DNA from: Diplonema japonicum | Taxonomy: Eukaryota > Protista > Euglenozoa: Diplonemea | Direction of reading: 5' to 3' | DNA: 64,000 bases | Assembly (NCBI GenBank): GCA_964019335.1 | Contig: OZ025684.1 | Coordinates: 372,001 to 436,000, forward strand | Shown here: in pieces, positions 1-11,018 of the stretch | Position numbering within the stretch: position 1 is the stretch's first letter | Layout: every line of letters begins with the position of its first letter | Made by a program: the position numbers and the translations under genes | Notes under the pieces: model-generated | Seen by the model: only the letters and a program-made list of their open reading frames with translations | Databases searched by the model: none | What the model was told of the DNA's origin: nothing

Positions 1-194
1 ACCTGCGGTATGTGGCAGGACGCCTGAAAAAAATGTACGGAAGAAAAAATCACCGGATGTTTCGGCGGTCCGGATATATTATCTTCCGGTGGATTTTTGT
101 TTTACAGTATTTTTCTTTTTTTTTTTTTGTTTCGAGAGAGCGACATAATTCATTGGGAACAAAGGTGAGTTTACACTCATCAAAAAAAAAAAAA

Positions 195-271
195 CTCAAA
201 GTGCAGGACAAACCCCCTCATGGAGGGCCGCCCTTGGGTGGGTTAGGGGGGGTTATCTTTTTATACTCCCC
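195..271 (-). repeat. Solo 3' end of family A retroelement (other copies 7283-7358, 23279-23314, 63874-63914)
   Basis: CTCAAAGTGCAG(G/A)ACAAACCCCCTCATGGAGGGCCGCCC recurs four times, always directly after a plus-strand A-tract. Confidence 0.85.
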
Positions 272-986
272 AAAAAAAAAAGAAATAAACAAATATAGGC
301 ACTAGACTTAAAATCTGGTGGCTAAGTTTTTCTTTTTCCTCTCTTTTCTTTTTTCTTTCTTTTTTTTTTTTGATATTCTTTTGATAAGCTTTTACAATAG
401 TACCGCATTTTAATTACTGTGAAGAATGTCGGACATGAAAAATCTTCAGACAAAAACAAGATGGCTCGTAGCAAGTTTCGAAATGTCTAAATACCTTAAA
501 TAACAGAATAATCTATACTCGAAACTCTGCACTCGATCCGAGTCCATTCTTCAGTGGGTAACACATTCCCCTTGGGAGGGGCTTCACGCAGAGTGGGGTC
601 AAAAACCGCCATTTTTCTTTTTCTTTTTCTTTTCTAAGTCTAAAATTCTTTCTTTTCATATTTTTCTTCTCCCCCCCTCTGAACACACAGTTTCGCTTTG
701 CTAAAAAAAAAAAAAAAAAAAAAATGCTATGGCCCTTCTTTCTATTTCGGCTGTGTTGCCTTTACGTGCCTTCCCGTTCTTCCTGCCCACTTTCTCAAGG
801 TCTTTCTCGACAAGACTCTTTTGTCTGAGAGCGTGGTTCTGGCTCGCCACCGAGGTGCTTGTCACCTTCTTCCCTTTCTCTGTTTCCGATCAGATATGCA
901 GTAGATCTATATCTTGCACACCACAAGGTCAAGAGCTGTCAAGCATGCCGCCTGGGTTATATATTAATAGCTCGTGTGCACATGTT

Positions 987-3900
987 TCACACTTGGTACT
1001 TTAACGGGGCAGCCTTACCGGCGCTACTCAAGCTCTTGCACAGCCACGAAAACACAAAAAGGCCTACGGTGCCTGCTCCTGTGTAGAGGGCGGCCTTTGT
1101 TGCTTCTGGCATCCCACTGTCTTCACTGTTGTTGACAGCTGTCTCTGAGTCGCACGTGATGTGTACTGTTGCATTGACACGGGCGTCCTCTGCCACACCC
1201 ACGATCCCTGCCCGTGTGGTGTTGCACTGTGAGCTTGCCTTGTTAACATACATCACCACCCTTCCTATCCCCTCTGTGTAGTCGCAGTCCCAGCACAGCA
1301 CCGCAAGCCCCGCCCCTTCCATCTCTTCGACTGCCCCCAGACAGTTCCCTCCTGTTTCAATCTGAAACTCCAAGTAGCTACTGCCATTACACACAGGCGT
1401 GACTGGAACAGCTGTCATCGGAGCCACCGAAGTGGGCTCTGCTGTGGGCTCCGCTGTGATAGGGGCTGAACTTGGCTCTGCAGTGGGCCCCGCTGTGAGA
1501 GGTGCTGAAGTGGGCTGTGCTGTGGGCTCCGCTGTTATAGGTGCTGAAGTGGGTTCTGCTGTGGGACCCGCTGTGATAGGTGCCAAAGTGGGTTCTGCAG
1601 TGGGCTCCAATGTGAGAGGTGCCGAGGTGGGTTCCGCAGTGGGCTCCGCTGTGATAGGTGCCAAGGTGGGCTCTGCAGTGGGCCCCGCTGTGAGAGGTGC
1701 CGAAGTGGGTTCTGCTGTGGGCTCCGCTGTGATAGGGGCTGGAGTTGGTTCTGCAGAGGGTCCCGCTGTGAGAGGTGCCGAAGTGGGTTCTGCTGTGGGC
1801 TCCGCTGTGATAGGGGCTGAAGTTGGCTCTGCTGTGGGCTCCGCTGTGAGAGGTGCCGAAGTGGGTTCTGCAGTGGGCCCCGCTGTGATAGGGGCTGAAG
1901 TTGGCTCTGCTGTGAGCCCCGCTGTGATAGGTGCCGAAGTAGGCTCTGCTGTTATAGGGGCTGAAGTGGGTTCTGCAGTGGGCTCCGCTGTGATAGGTGC
2001 CAAGGTGGGTTCTGTTGTGGGCTCCGCTGTGATAGGGGCTGAAGTTGGCTCTGCTGTGGGCTTCGCTGTGAGAGGTGCCGAAGTGGGTTCTGCTGTGGGC
2101 TCCGCTGTGATAGGGGCTGGAGTTGGTTCTGCAGAGGGCCCCGCTGTGAGAGGTGCCGAAGTGGGTTCTGCAGTGGGCTCCGCTGTAATAGGGGCTGAAG
2201 TAGGCTCTGCTGTGGGCTCCGCTGTGAGAGGTGCCGAAGTGGGCTCCGCTGTGATCGGGGCTGAAGTTGTAATAGGTGCCGAAGTGGGTTCTGCTGTGGG
2301 CCCCGCTGTGAGAGGGGCTGAAGTGGGCTGTGTTGTGGGCTCCGTTGTGAGAGGTGCCGAAGTGGGTTCTGCTGTGGGCCCCGCTGTGATGGGGGCTGAA
2401 GTTGGCTCTGCTGTGAGCCCCGCTGTGAGAGGTGCCGAAGTGGGCTCTGCTGTTATAGGGGCTGAAGTGGGTTCTGCTGTGGGTGGTGAAGTGGGTTCCG
2501 CAGTGGGCCCCGCTGTGAGAGGTGCTGAAGTGGGTTCTGCTGTGGGCCCTGTTGTGAGAGGTACTGAAGTGGGCTCTGCTGTGAGCCCCGCTGTGATGGG
2601 TGCCAAAGTGGGTTCTGCTGTGGGCTCTGCAGTGGGTTCCGCAGTGGGCCCCGCTGTGAGAGGTGCTGAAGTGGGCTGTGCTGTGGGCTCAGCTGTGACA
2701 GGGGCTGAAGTTGGCTCTGCTGTGGGCTCCGTTGTGAGAGGTGCCGAAGTGGGTTCTGCTGTGGGCTCCGCTGTGATAGGGGCTGGAGTTGGTTCTGCAG
2801 AGGGCCCCGCTGTGAGAGGTGCCGAAGTGGGTTCTGCAGTGGGCTCCGCTGTGATAGGGGCTGAAGTTGGCTCTACTGTGGGCTCCGCTGTGAGAGGTGC
2901 CGAAGTGGGCTCCGCTGTAATAGGTGCCGAAGTGGGTTCTGCTGTGGGCCCCGCTGTGAGAGGGGCTGAAGTTGGCTGTGTTGTGGGCTCCGCTGTGAGA
3001 GGTGCCGAAGTGGGTTCTGCGGTGGGCCCCGCTGTGATGGGGGCTGAAGTTGGCTCTGCTGTGAGCCCCGCTGTGATAGGTGCCGAAGTAGGCTCTGCTG
3101 TTATAGGGGCTGAAGTGGGTTCTGCAGTGGGCTCCGCTGTGATAGGTGCCAAGGTGGGTTCTGTTGTGGGCTCCGCTGTGATAGGGGCTGAAGTGGGTTC
3201 TGCAGTGGGCTCCGTTGTGAGAGGCGCCGAAGTGGGCTCTGCTGTGGGCCCCGCTGTGAGAGGTGCCAAAGTGGGTTCTTCTGTGGGCTCCGTTGTGAGA
3301 GGTGCCGAAGTGGGTTCTGCAGTGAGCCCCGCTGTGAGAGGTGCCAAGGTGGGTTCTGCAGTGGGCTCCGATGTGATTGGTGCCGAAGTGGGCTGTGCCG
3401 TGGGCTCAGCTGTGACAGGGGCTGAAGTTGGCTCTGCTGTGGGCTCCGCTGTGAGAGGTGCTGAAGTAGGTTCTGCTGTGGGCTCTGCAGTGGGTTCCGC
3501 AGTGGGCCCTGTTGTGAGAGGTACTGAAGTGGGCTCTGCTGTGAGCCCCGCTGTGATAGGTGCCAAGGTGGGTTCTGCTGTGGGCTCAGCTGTGATAGGG
3601 GCAGAAGTTGGCTCTGCAGTGGGCCCCGCTGTGATTGGTGCCAAAGTGGGTTCTGCAGTGGGCTCCGCTGTGAGAGGTGCTGAAGTGGGTTCTGCAGTGG
3701 GCCCCGCTGTGATAGGTGCTGAAGTTGGCTGTGCAGTGGGCTCCGCAGTGAGAGGGGTCGAAGTAGGTTCTGCAGTGGGCTCTGCTGTTATTGGTGCTGA
3801 AGTGGGCTCCGCTGTGATAGGTGCTGAAGTTGGCTGTGCAGTGGGCTCCGTTGTTATAGGTGTCGAAGTGGGCTGTGCAGTGAGCCCCGCTGTGATAGGC

Positions 3901-4739
3901 TCAGCTGTGAGAGGTACTGAGGTAGGTAGGGCAGTTGGCTCGGTGGTGGGAGGTGCAAAAGTAGGTTCCGCAGTGGGCTCGGATGAAGGTTGAGCAGTTA
4001 GCATCACCGTAGGTGCCGAAGTAGGTTCTGCAGTTGGCAACACTGACTCGTTCAACAAAGTAGGTTCTGCAGTTGGGAGCATTGACTCGTTCAACAAAGT
4101 AGGTTCTGCAGTTGGCAACACTGACTCGTTCGACGAAAGATCGGGGAGTTCGAGGAACCAATGGTTGGCTTGTGACACACTGCAGACTTTCGATGCGTCA
4201 CCAGGGTCGAGGTCGGAGGACGTGCCTTGCGTCCACAGCTCGTAGGTGCCCGAGGCGTTTACGGCATTGTGGATCAGGGCCACGTACCACACACGTACTT
4301 TGCGTGTAGAGCAGAAGTCGGGAGTTTCAATGCCGGAGCGACCTGTAGCGGTATTGGGAGGCCCGCTTGTCAACGCACCGTAGCAGGAGACAGTGCTGGC
4401 GGCATACAACACGGGGTTGGTGGTGACGTCTTGCAGGTGGGAACAGTACGTTTTGAGCTGCTGTTCGTATTGGTCGTTCGTCGCCTCCCCGAAGATCTCG
4501 TCCTCTGCGAGTGTCACATCACAGAACTCGCTTATTGGCGCAGAAGCCACGTCACCAAAAGGCGATTTGAGAAACACGTCACCCTGCACCCCGCTGGGGG
4601 GGCCGAGGAACGTTGACAGCCACACTGCAATGGCCCCAGGCTCCTCGTCAGACATACTGCTGCACACCGACTCGATGTGCCCTGCTACCGCTGCCACCAT
4701 GCACAGCACTGCCACACACTTCCTAGGCTTCAGCATCAT
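987..4739 (-). CDS. Mucin-like type I surface protein: signal peptide, Cys-containing N-domain, ~900 aa of TAEPT/PTSAP repeats, small Cys domain, C-terminal TM helix
   Basis: ORF 987..4937 re-started at MMLKPRKCVAVLCMVAAVAG (ATG 4739), because the upstream part is translated homopolymer. TM ALYTGAGTVGLFVFSWLC lies near the C-terminus. Confidence 0.85.
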   Translation of the reverse strand: MMLKPRKCVAVLCMVAAVAGHIESVCSSMSDEEPGAIAVWLSTFLGPPSGVQGDVFLKSPFGDVASAPISEFCDVTLAEDEIFGEATNDQYEQQLKTYCSHLQDVTTNPVLYAASTVSCYGALTSGPPNTATGRSGIETPDFCSTRKVRVWYVALIHNAVNASGTYELWTQGTSSDLDPGDASKVCSVSQANHWFLELPDLSSNESVLPTAEPTLLNESMLPTAEPTLLNESVLPTAEPTSAPTVMLTAQPSSEPTAEPTFAPPTTEPTALPTSVPLTAEPITAGLTAQPTSTPITTEPTAQPTSAPITAEPTSAPITAEPTAEPTSTPLTAEPTAQPTSAPITAGPTAEPTSAPLTAEPTAEPTLAPITAGPTAEPTSAPITAEPTAEPTLAPITAGLTAEPTSVPLTTGPTAEPTAEPTAEPTSAPLTAEPTAEPTSAPVTAEPTAQPTSAPITSEPTAEPTLAPLTAGLTAEPTSAPLTTEPTEEPTLAPLTAGPTAEPTSAPLTTEPTAEPTSAPITAEPTTEPTLAPITAEPTAEPTSAPITAEPTSAPITAGLTAEPTSAPITAGPTAEPTSAPLTAEPTTQPTSAPLTAGPTAEPTSAPITAEPTSAPLTAEPTVEPTSAPITAEPTAEPTSAPLTAGPSAEPTPAPITAEPTAEPTSAPLTTEPTAEPTSAPVTAEPTAQPTSAPLTAGPTAEPTAEPTAEPTLAPITAGLTAEPTSVPLTTGPTAEPTSAPLTAGPTAEPTSPPTAEPTSAPITAEPTSAPLTAGLTAEPTSAPITAGPTAEPTSAPLTTEPTTQPTSAPLTAGPTAEPTSAPITTSAPITAEPTSAPLTAEPTAEPTSAPITAEPTAEPTSAPLTAGPSAEPTPAPITAEPTAEPTSAPLTAKPTAEPTSAPITAEPTTEPTLAPITAEPTAEPTSAPITAEPTSAPITAGLTAEPTSAPITAGPTAEPTSAPLTAEPTAEPTSAPITAEPTAEPTSAPLTAGPSAEPTPAPITAEPTAEPTSAPLTAGPTAEPTLAPITAEPTAEPTSAPLTLEPTAEPTLAPITAGPTAEPTSAPITAEPTAQPTSAPLTAGPTAEPSSAPITAEPTAEPTSVAPMTAVPVTPVCNGSSYLEFQIETGGNCLGAVEEMEGAGLAVLCWDCDYTEGIGRVVMYVNKASSQCNTTRAGIVGVAEDARVNATVHITCDSETAVNNSEDSGMPEATKAALYTGAGTVGLFVFSWLCKSLSSAGKAAPLKYQV
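1410..4125. repeat. Coding minisatellite (degenerate 12/27/39-bp units encoding TAEP/TSAPI/L)
   Basis: Directly visible tandem GTGGGCTC(C/T)GCT... units across ~2.7 kb. Confidence 0.95.
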
Positions 4740-4846
4740 ATCATTCTTTTTACTGACATAGTTATTTTCACGCACATTTTGGAATGACGTAAAGAAAATA
4801 TAAATTCGATAAGGTTTCAGCGTGCAGGAAGTGCTCACTGTTTGTT

Positions 4847-4891
<45 letters not shown>

Positions 4892-4893
<2 letters not shown>

Positions 4894-6079
4894 AGTTTCT
4901 GTTCAGAGTAGCGATCTTGTCCTGCAGCGTGATGCACCTCTCGAGGTCGTCCCTCGCCGACGCTTCCTCGAGCTCTTGTTCGAGACGCGCTAGCTCGGGG
5001 TTCTCTGCTTCGCTCTTCATCTCAACGTCCTCTTCTGTTTCCCGCCGCTTTTCTTCAGGAGTCGCATTTTTCTCACCACCTTGTTCATCCGGAATCTCTT
5101 CATTTCTGTTTTTGTGCTTTTTCTTCTTCTGTTTCTCGATATATGCAGTTATGGTGTTCTTGGCCAAGCGTTGCAAGTGGAGCATGACACGGGGAACTTC
5201 TGGAGCGGGGCCACGGAGCGTGACTGACGTGTCAGCAATGTGCGCGTAACAGGAGGCATGATCAGCAAGGAGCTTGCCCTGCCCACCAAGAATGGTTTGG
5301 CACAGACGGTCACAAAGTTTTTGATCTGCAGTTTCAGTAGGCCGGAAGGACGATTCAGAAAAGATATCGAACGAAACCTCATCCTCCCAGCAGGTCTCCT
5401 TGGTGTCGTTATGCGTGAAGTACCGAAGCTTCACATCGGCGTCGATACCGGAAGACCAGCATCCTTGCACCCGGACTGCCGTAGCTAAGAGGTTTGTAAC
5501 ACCTTCTGCCGACTTCAACCCTTCATTGGAGCCCCCTTGTCTACCCGTGAACACAATGGGCTGCTGGCTTGCAGGGTACCCAAGAAAAGTACAAGATACT
5601 GTTCTTTTCGTGCTTCGTAGAAATGCAGATGAAGCGTCGCCCTCATTGATCACAGGGTGCCCGTCAACGGACAGCAGGCGGGCTCCTACTGGGATCTTTG
5701 GGTGGGTCGACTTCGACACTCTGAGCTTACTGAATCGGACAAGGCGGAGGGAGGCTTTGTTGTCTTGTCTCATTTCCAGGTTGAATGAATAGGTGATTTT
5801 TTTCATGTTGCAGCGAGTCGCAGATCCGGGGGTGTGGTTGCAAACTTCGCAGGACAGCCAGCTTCGTCTTGCTGGGACATTCCACCGTCTTGTGCTTTTT
5901 GCTTCGATGTGGCCCAGGACGTACTTCTTTTTGAGCAAGCCTGCAAAAACTCTAACGTGTTTCGGTATTTTAAGAGCCATTCTTCTGCACACTCCACAGG
6001 CTTCGCAGTACTGCGGTGTTCTGACACCGCAACGCTTGTTGTTGCCACCTCCGGTACTGTTGCGTTGCATCTTTTTCGT

Positions 6080-6082
<3 letters not shown>
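4892..6082 (-). CDS. Uncharacterised protein with CxxC pairs, PDZ-like segment, WW-like domain and C-terminal UVR (UvrB/C) motif
   Basis: Start MTKKMQ follows an A-tract. GARLLSVDGHPV is PDZ-like, WSSGIDADVKLRYFTHNDTKETCWE is WW-like, LEQELEEASARDDLERCITLQDKI is UVR-like. Confidence 0.7.
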
Positions 6083-6113
<31 letters not shown>

Positions 6114-7282
6114 GGCTTCGCTTTCTTTTTTAGTTCACAAAAAAAAAAAAAAAAAAAAAAAAAAAAACAAACAAAAAAAATGAATGACATAAAGATTTCA
6201 GGTGCCTCAAGCAGGAGGCCTTGACACGTTGGCTAAAAAAAAAAAAAAATAGAATATGGTTCAAAACCCTGTCGTTTCTTTTTCTCTTTTTAGGAAAAGA
6301 AGAAAAAAAAAAAAAAAAGGAAAAAGAAAAAGAAAATCAAAAGGGTTCAAAAGAATATTAATAAATGCAGTAATCATTTCTCTTTTTATTTTTACTTTTT
6401 TGTTTTTTGTTTTGTTTTTCAAACCATATGTTGTATTTAAATTACAAAAGGAACAAAAAAGAAAGGGGGGAGAAAAAAAAACATGATGGATTAGAATAAA
6501 AAGATGATGGGGATGGTGATTTTTAAGAGTTTTTCCAGTTTTCGTCCACAGCGTGTTATAAGTCAACAAACTGTTCATATTTCAAAAAAATCAAGTCGGT
6601 CCAACAGTTGTATTGTGTGGTAAATCTAATTCGTCGTTGGGGGGGGGGGGGGGGGGGGGTTTCTCGTTCAGGCAAGGAGGAAAAAGCAAAGAGAAAAAAA
6701 AAGCAGGGCGAAATGACCCAGAATGGGAGAGGAACCTTTTCTTTAGACAGTCAAAGACTCGTTCTTGAGAAGAAGAAAATGTGAAGAGGTATGAGCAATG
6801 ACCAAGAAGGGGAGGGGAGCCGGAGTTTGATAGCCTAAAGAATCTCGAGACCAATGTCACACATTGCTTGTAAATATAAGATAATTATTAGTTAAGCAAG
6901 CGGTTTCTCCTTTTGGTGTCTTGAGCCTTCTCCCCAGCTTGGCCGCATTAAAAAAAAAAATAAAAAAAATAAAAAAAACTAAAGAAGGAGAAGTGACGTT
7001 TGTTGCCTTTTTTTTTCCCCCCTCCTTTTTTTTTTTTTCTTTCTGTTCAATACTTCCCAGGCAAGAAAAAAAAAAAGAGGAGGAGAAAAAAAAAAAAAAG
7101 CAACTCTTCTGCAAAAATGCGAAGACTAGAAACAACAAAAAGAGAATGAAAAATCGTTTTTCTTTTTGAATCATTGAAGGGAATAATTATAAGTTCGATA
7201 AAATCTCAGTGTGCAGGGGGGGGGGGGGGGAAGTAAAAAATCACTACGATAGGAAGAAGTGGTTAGCAACGGCCCACAAAAA

Positions 7283-8967
7283 CTCAAAGTGCAGAACAAA
7301 CCCCCTCATGGAGGGCCGCCCTTGGGTGGGTTGGGGGGGCTATCTATTTATACTCCCCTTCTGGAGCATTGCTTTCGTTCCAATCGGGGCCTTGAGCGTC
7401 TTGCGGAGTCGCGTGATGCGGTCTCGCTTGTAAGCGGCTTTCAGTTCCATCAGCTTGTCGTGCGTGGAGTGGGTGGCGAAGATGGGCCTCCTGGCGAAAC
7501 CCATAGTCGTTTTCCCACCTATTGCGATGAGGGACTTCACTCTCTTCTGTTCATCCGCCGGGAAGGGGCGTGGCTTCTTCCGTGCTCTGCATGCCGCGTT
7601 CAGCTTTCTTATCAGTGCTTTGATCTTGCGAGCCCTATCTTCCAGCAGACCTCCCAGTAACTTGCCTGTCGTCCATTCGAAGTCGATGGCCAATTCCACC
7701 GCTGACACTTCAGAGCTGGTGTCCTCCTTCACCCATCGTAGCTGTGACAACCACTGCAGCAGCGGGTTCAAGAATTCTGCGACGATTCCTCCCACTCCTT
7801 CGAGCTCCCCCGCCGTCGGCACGAGGCATCTCCTTCCCTCCACATCGCGTACCCACGGCAGCGGCTGTGTGCTGGCGTTGTCTATTTGCATGAGCTCCAC
7901 ATCCCGTTTCCCGACCACCACAGCCATGTATCGCTGCAGCTTCTCCAGGTGTGCGAAGACATGCCCCCTCGGCAGTATCGCGTGCAGCTCCAGACATAGG
8001 GGCCATCCTGATCTGTTGCGCAACGGCTCCATTCCGTCTAGTGCCAGTTCCTCTTGTGCACAGGCGCACTCATACAGCTGATGGCGGAGTAAGGTCACCG
8101 TGTCCGGGTGTGGTGACTTGCACAGGTCGCATCTGAATCCTTGCGTGTGCGATACCTCCGTCGTTGGTGCCTGGCCCATGTTCTCCTCGTCGTCACCGTT
8201 GTCGTCACCTTCAGGCGCCAGTGGGACGCTCTTTCGCTTCGCATTTGCGTGCGGGTTTAGGTAGGGAACCCCTCCTGCGATCACTCGTCTCAGGCTGTAG
8301 GACATGAGCGGGTCCTTGGCCGTCCTCCATAATCGGTTCGTCTTGGGGTCCGCCCCCGGCTCTATCCCGCTTATCGTGCTCCTCTCGACCGCCAGCGTCC
8401 TACTTCGGGCCTTCCTCACCACCTCTCTAAAGATGTGTCCGCGTTCGGCCCAAGATGTGTTGCAACCTAGTAGCTGCGCCCAACTCCATCCTATTCGGGG
8501 AAGCCACCGGCAGACCAGGTTGCCAACCGGCCCCATCGGGATGGAACCCGCGTCATACCTCGCAGCGATCTGTATGCATCTCTGCCGTAGCCGACTGTCA
8601 TCGAGTGCTCCGGATACTACCTTCAGGGAGTGGTACATTACGTAGGAAAGGGGGTCATTGGTGTGCCCCTTCAGCAGGACTGTGTTTACCGCGGTGCAAT
8701 CCTTGTGCCCCCCAGTCGGTCCAGCGAGCCAAGCGCCCCCGTGGTCGGTTTATTCCACGTCGTTCCTGTCCTGCGTGTGTTGATCTTCACCCCCAGTCCG
8801 CAGAGGTCTGTCACCGTCTTGTAGGGTACCGCGACCTCCAAGCCTTTCCTCATCTCCGTTCGGTTTCCTATGACTTTCGACTTGAAATCTTCAGCAGTGC
8901 CGAAACCAACAGTCTTCTCCTTGTTGATTTCCATCCCCGTCAGGTCGCAGAACTCCAATGTCCCATC
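7283..8967 (-). mobile_element. 5'-truncated non-LTR retrotransposon, family A (end of RT, zinc finger, C-terminal domain, 3' UTR)
   Basis: GMEINKEKT and LGV match late non-LTR RT motifs (8686-8967). Zinc finger CDLCKSPHPDTVTLLRHQLYEC; LLQWLSQLRW...VELAIDFEWTTG domain. A frameshift/stop lies near 8640-8690. A second copy is at 44451-45352. Confidence 0.8.
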
Positions 8968-8978
8968 AAAAAAAAAAA

Positions 8979-9810
8979 CTCGATCTATTTTTGCGGTGCG
9001 CTGGTTGGTGCCCACCGTGGACGGGGGATCCTACACGTGCCTGTCACCATTCTGCGGTTGCATCCTGGTGCCGGCCGTCGGGGTTTGCCTGTCCGTCATG
9101 GACGGCATCTGCGCTAAGAACATCGGTCGCAGTCCCTCCAAATAGGGGGCTGTTTGGGCTGACGAGAACAAGGGTCTCTTGTCGTAGCCATGCATGCTGG
9201 TGCGCCCAGGTTTCTCAGGGAGTGTACTCTGGTCATCCTTCTTGCCGGGAAGCCGCTTTTGTTGCCCTTTGCCGCACATGCTTGCACTCTATTGAGGATG
9301 TACCGCAGACGTGCGGCTTTTCTCTCCAACAGACTGCTCTCCCCATGTTCCCCGTATAAGGATATACCGGTCGTCATCTCTAAATCAATTGCCAGCTCCA
9401 TCGTGGTGATTGACTTCTTCTTCGATCCTAGGTACCACCTCAGACCTTGCAGCCAGGGTAGCACATGTTTCAACTGCTTTTTCAGTATCTCACCCGTTGC
9501 TCCGTGCGCAACAAGCATCTCCTCCGTCGGTACCGGGCATCTCCTCCGTCGGTACCGGGCATCTTGTTCCGGCCGTCGTCTCCTTCCAAGGATATGGTCT
9601 TATAACATGCACCGTCCTCTCCGCTGCTCTACTGTCACGCAACGCCACCACTCGCACCAGGTAGCTCTGCACCAGTCGCGCTTGTTTCTGCACTTCCGCT
9701 CCCGTTCCTCTCACTACTACACCGTGTAGCGCCGTTGCTTTCGGCAGCCCTTCTCTTTTGATCTCCGCGTACACACTTTCCTGCTGCGCTTGTCTCGCAG
9801 GGGCACACTA
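8979..9810 (-). mobile_element. 5'-truncated non-LTR retroelement, family B (C-terminal domain + 3' stem-loop)
   Basis: VLPWLQGLRW...TTMELAIDLEMTTG is homologous to the family A C-terminus; ORF ends QNGDRHV*. Near-identical to 48290-49007. Confidence 0.8.
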
Positions 9811-10236
9811 TGAGAAAAAAAAAAAAAAGAGAAAGTTAAAAAAACTTCAGATAAATTGAGTCAAGTATACAAGTATGAGTTGAAACATGATACATGTTGA
9901 AATAAATAAAGGGTGGAGGAGCAAGCAGAAAACAGCACCCCCCTATTTACTGGGGTGTAAAAAAGTATTTTGTGTCAAAATATGTGGTATTTTGCTCAGG
10001 GGGTAACTTAGTCCATTTGATGTTTCTTTTTTTTTTCCCCCTCCAGCATTTCTCTTTTTTTTTTTTTTTTTCTTTCCAGCTCAGCCTCACTAGGGAAAAC
10101 AAAAAAAGTTCCATCTTTCTTTAGTGGCGTACGATTGCTATTAGGTTAGACTGTCCTGCGGGGTGAGTAAACCCCCAAGAACGAAAGCAGAAAAATGCAC
10201 AAGAAAAGGTAGACGATACACTTTTGAAAAAAAAAA

Positions 10237-10750
10237 TTTGATAAATTTCGGTGTGCGGGTGGGTGCTCACCGTTCAGGGAGAAATTCACACTAATCGGTC
10301 ACCGTTCTGCGGTTGCTGTCTGGTGCCTGCGGTGGCTGTTTGTCGCGATGAGCTGGACGGCATCTGGGCGAGAAACATTGCTTGGAGTCGTGCTAGGTAG
10401 GGGGGGGTTTGGCTCGAGGAGAAGAGTGGTCTCCTGTTGTAGCCGTGTGTCGTCGGGCCCCCAAGAGTCGAAGGGTGTGTACCCTTGTCTTTGCGTTGGC
10501 GGGGAAAGCATTCTTCCCACTCTTTGCTGTGCATTTCTGAATACGTCCTAAGATGTATCGCATCCTTCCAGCCTTCTCTGTGAACCAGTCCTGGTCGTCA
10601 AGGGGTCCAGCCAAGGACTGTCGGGTGGCCTGCTCATAGTCTACTGCGAGCTCCATCGTCGTGACGGACGTCAACTTCCTGCCTGCGTACCATCTTAGGC
10701 TTTCAGCCACCTGAGGACGCTCTTTATGTAGAACATTAGGACCTTTCCCG
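10237..10750 (-). mobile_element. 5'-truncated non-LTR retroelement, family C
   Basis: SLRWYAGRKLTSVTTMELAVDYEQAT...RMRYILGRIQKC; ends QNGDRLV*; same 3' stem-loop architecture as family B. Confidence 0.75.
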
Positions 10751-11018
10751 ACGCTCCGTTCGATTTCAACAGCTCCACTGTGGGCAAAAAAAAAAAAAAG
10801 AGAAAAAAAAAAAGGCAATTGAGCAAGCAGGGAAGGGGTCATCATTTTTAACTCAAAAGAATAAAACCCCCCCGCCCATACAAAATTCGTAGGGGCCCTT
10901 AACCCGTACTAATAAAGCAGATAACGAGAAAACAAGAAAAAAAAAGAAAAAAAAAACAGCAGTAAAATCTTCATTTTTCCGGAATCATCTTTTTTTAAGA
11001 AGAGGAACCGGAAGAAAA

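Noticed and set aside
1-26. CCTGC-GGTATGTG-GCAGG as a novel hairpin ncRNA family
   Set aside because: Better explained as a piggyBac coding remnant matching 59147-59195 in reverse.
729-900. Coding-like minus-strand fragment downstream of the mucin gene
   Set aside because: Short, with no start context or recognisable homology.
1399-3993. 864-aa plus-strand ORF (GSAVGAEV repeats)
   Set aside because: Antisense shadow of the mucin repeat; no independent features.
1410-4125. CRISPR-like periodicity
   Set aside because: Coding minisatellite with no unique spacers; eukaryotic context and no cas genes.
7283-10750. HDV-like/Pr77 or hammerhead ribozymes, and a spliced-leader RNA gene
   Set aside because: No ingi/L1Tc signature, hammerhead core or SL exon recognised; copies are 5'-truncated.
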